A stretch of 64,000 nt of DNA from assembly GCA_965248695.1 (NCBI GenBank), contig CBDFKD010000002.1, positions 2,176,001-2,240,000 of the forward strand. Direction: 5' to 3'. Below are positions 63,999 to 64,000 of the stretch, one piece after another. Both the position numbers and the translations under genes were made by a program. The notes beneath the pieces are model-generated. The model was given only the letters and a program-made list of their open reading frames with translations, made no database searches and was not told the DNA's origin. The number at the start of each line of letters is the position of its first letter. Position 1 is the stretch's first letter. Origin of the DNA: Acidobacteriota bacterium. GTDB lineage: Bacteria; Acidobacteriota; UBA890; WLXD01.

Positions 63999-64000
63999 GT

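Larger units (their letters stand above)
62349..64000 (-). mobile_element. IS1-family element with passenger region; one end at 62349, the other outside the window
   Basis: GGTAGTGGGTCAGTTTCAA at 62349 resembles IS1-type terminal IRs (from recall); IS1-family transposase 620 bp inside. Confidence 0.65.

Overview
GC-rich bacterial chromosome segment next to the replication origin. Gene order and several sequence idiosyncrasies suggest Acidobacteriota (inference). Most of it is housekeeping: dprA-topA-trmFO-(tlpA)-xerC-hslVU-(FN3 lipoprotein)-dapF on +; on - a surface-glycan locus split in two (wzm-wzt-rfaE2 and GT-ugd-methyltransferase-GT-GT), uvrA, mfd, surA, atpF'FHAGDC, an 11-gene MrpA-less mrp antiporter operon, bactofilin, parAB with two parS sites, and rsmG-jag-yidC-yidD-rnpA-rpmH. 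The most unusual region is the last ~1.65 kb. Where dnaA/oriC normally follows rpmH there is an IS1-family element: apparent terminal repeat at 62349 and a single-ORF, apparently leaderless transposase. Between its transposase and its end it appears to carry RNA cargo: (1) a non-canonical tRNA gene with a Ser GGA anticodon on a short-variable-loop, U73, tRNA-Cys-like body, enclosed by a long flanking stem; (2) a divergently promoted structured RNA. Other oddities: DapF with both catalytic Cys replaced by Ser; a PCYCGC-like/c-heme/degenerate-PCYCGC lipoprotein; a Tat-lipoprotein D-amino acid oxidase; a ~50-aa insertion in ATP synthase gamma; frameshifts in dprA and one glycosyltransferase; and a possible ATC-initiated mrpB subunit. 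All calls come from reading the sequence by eye; no searches were run.
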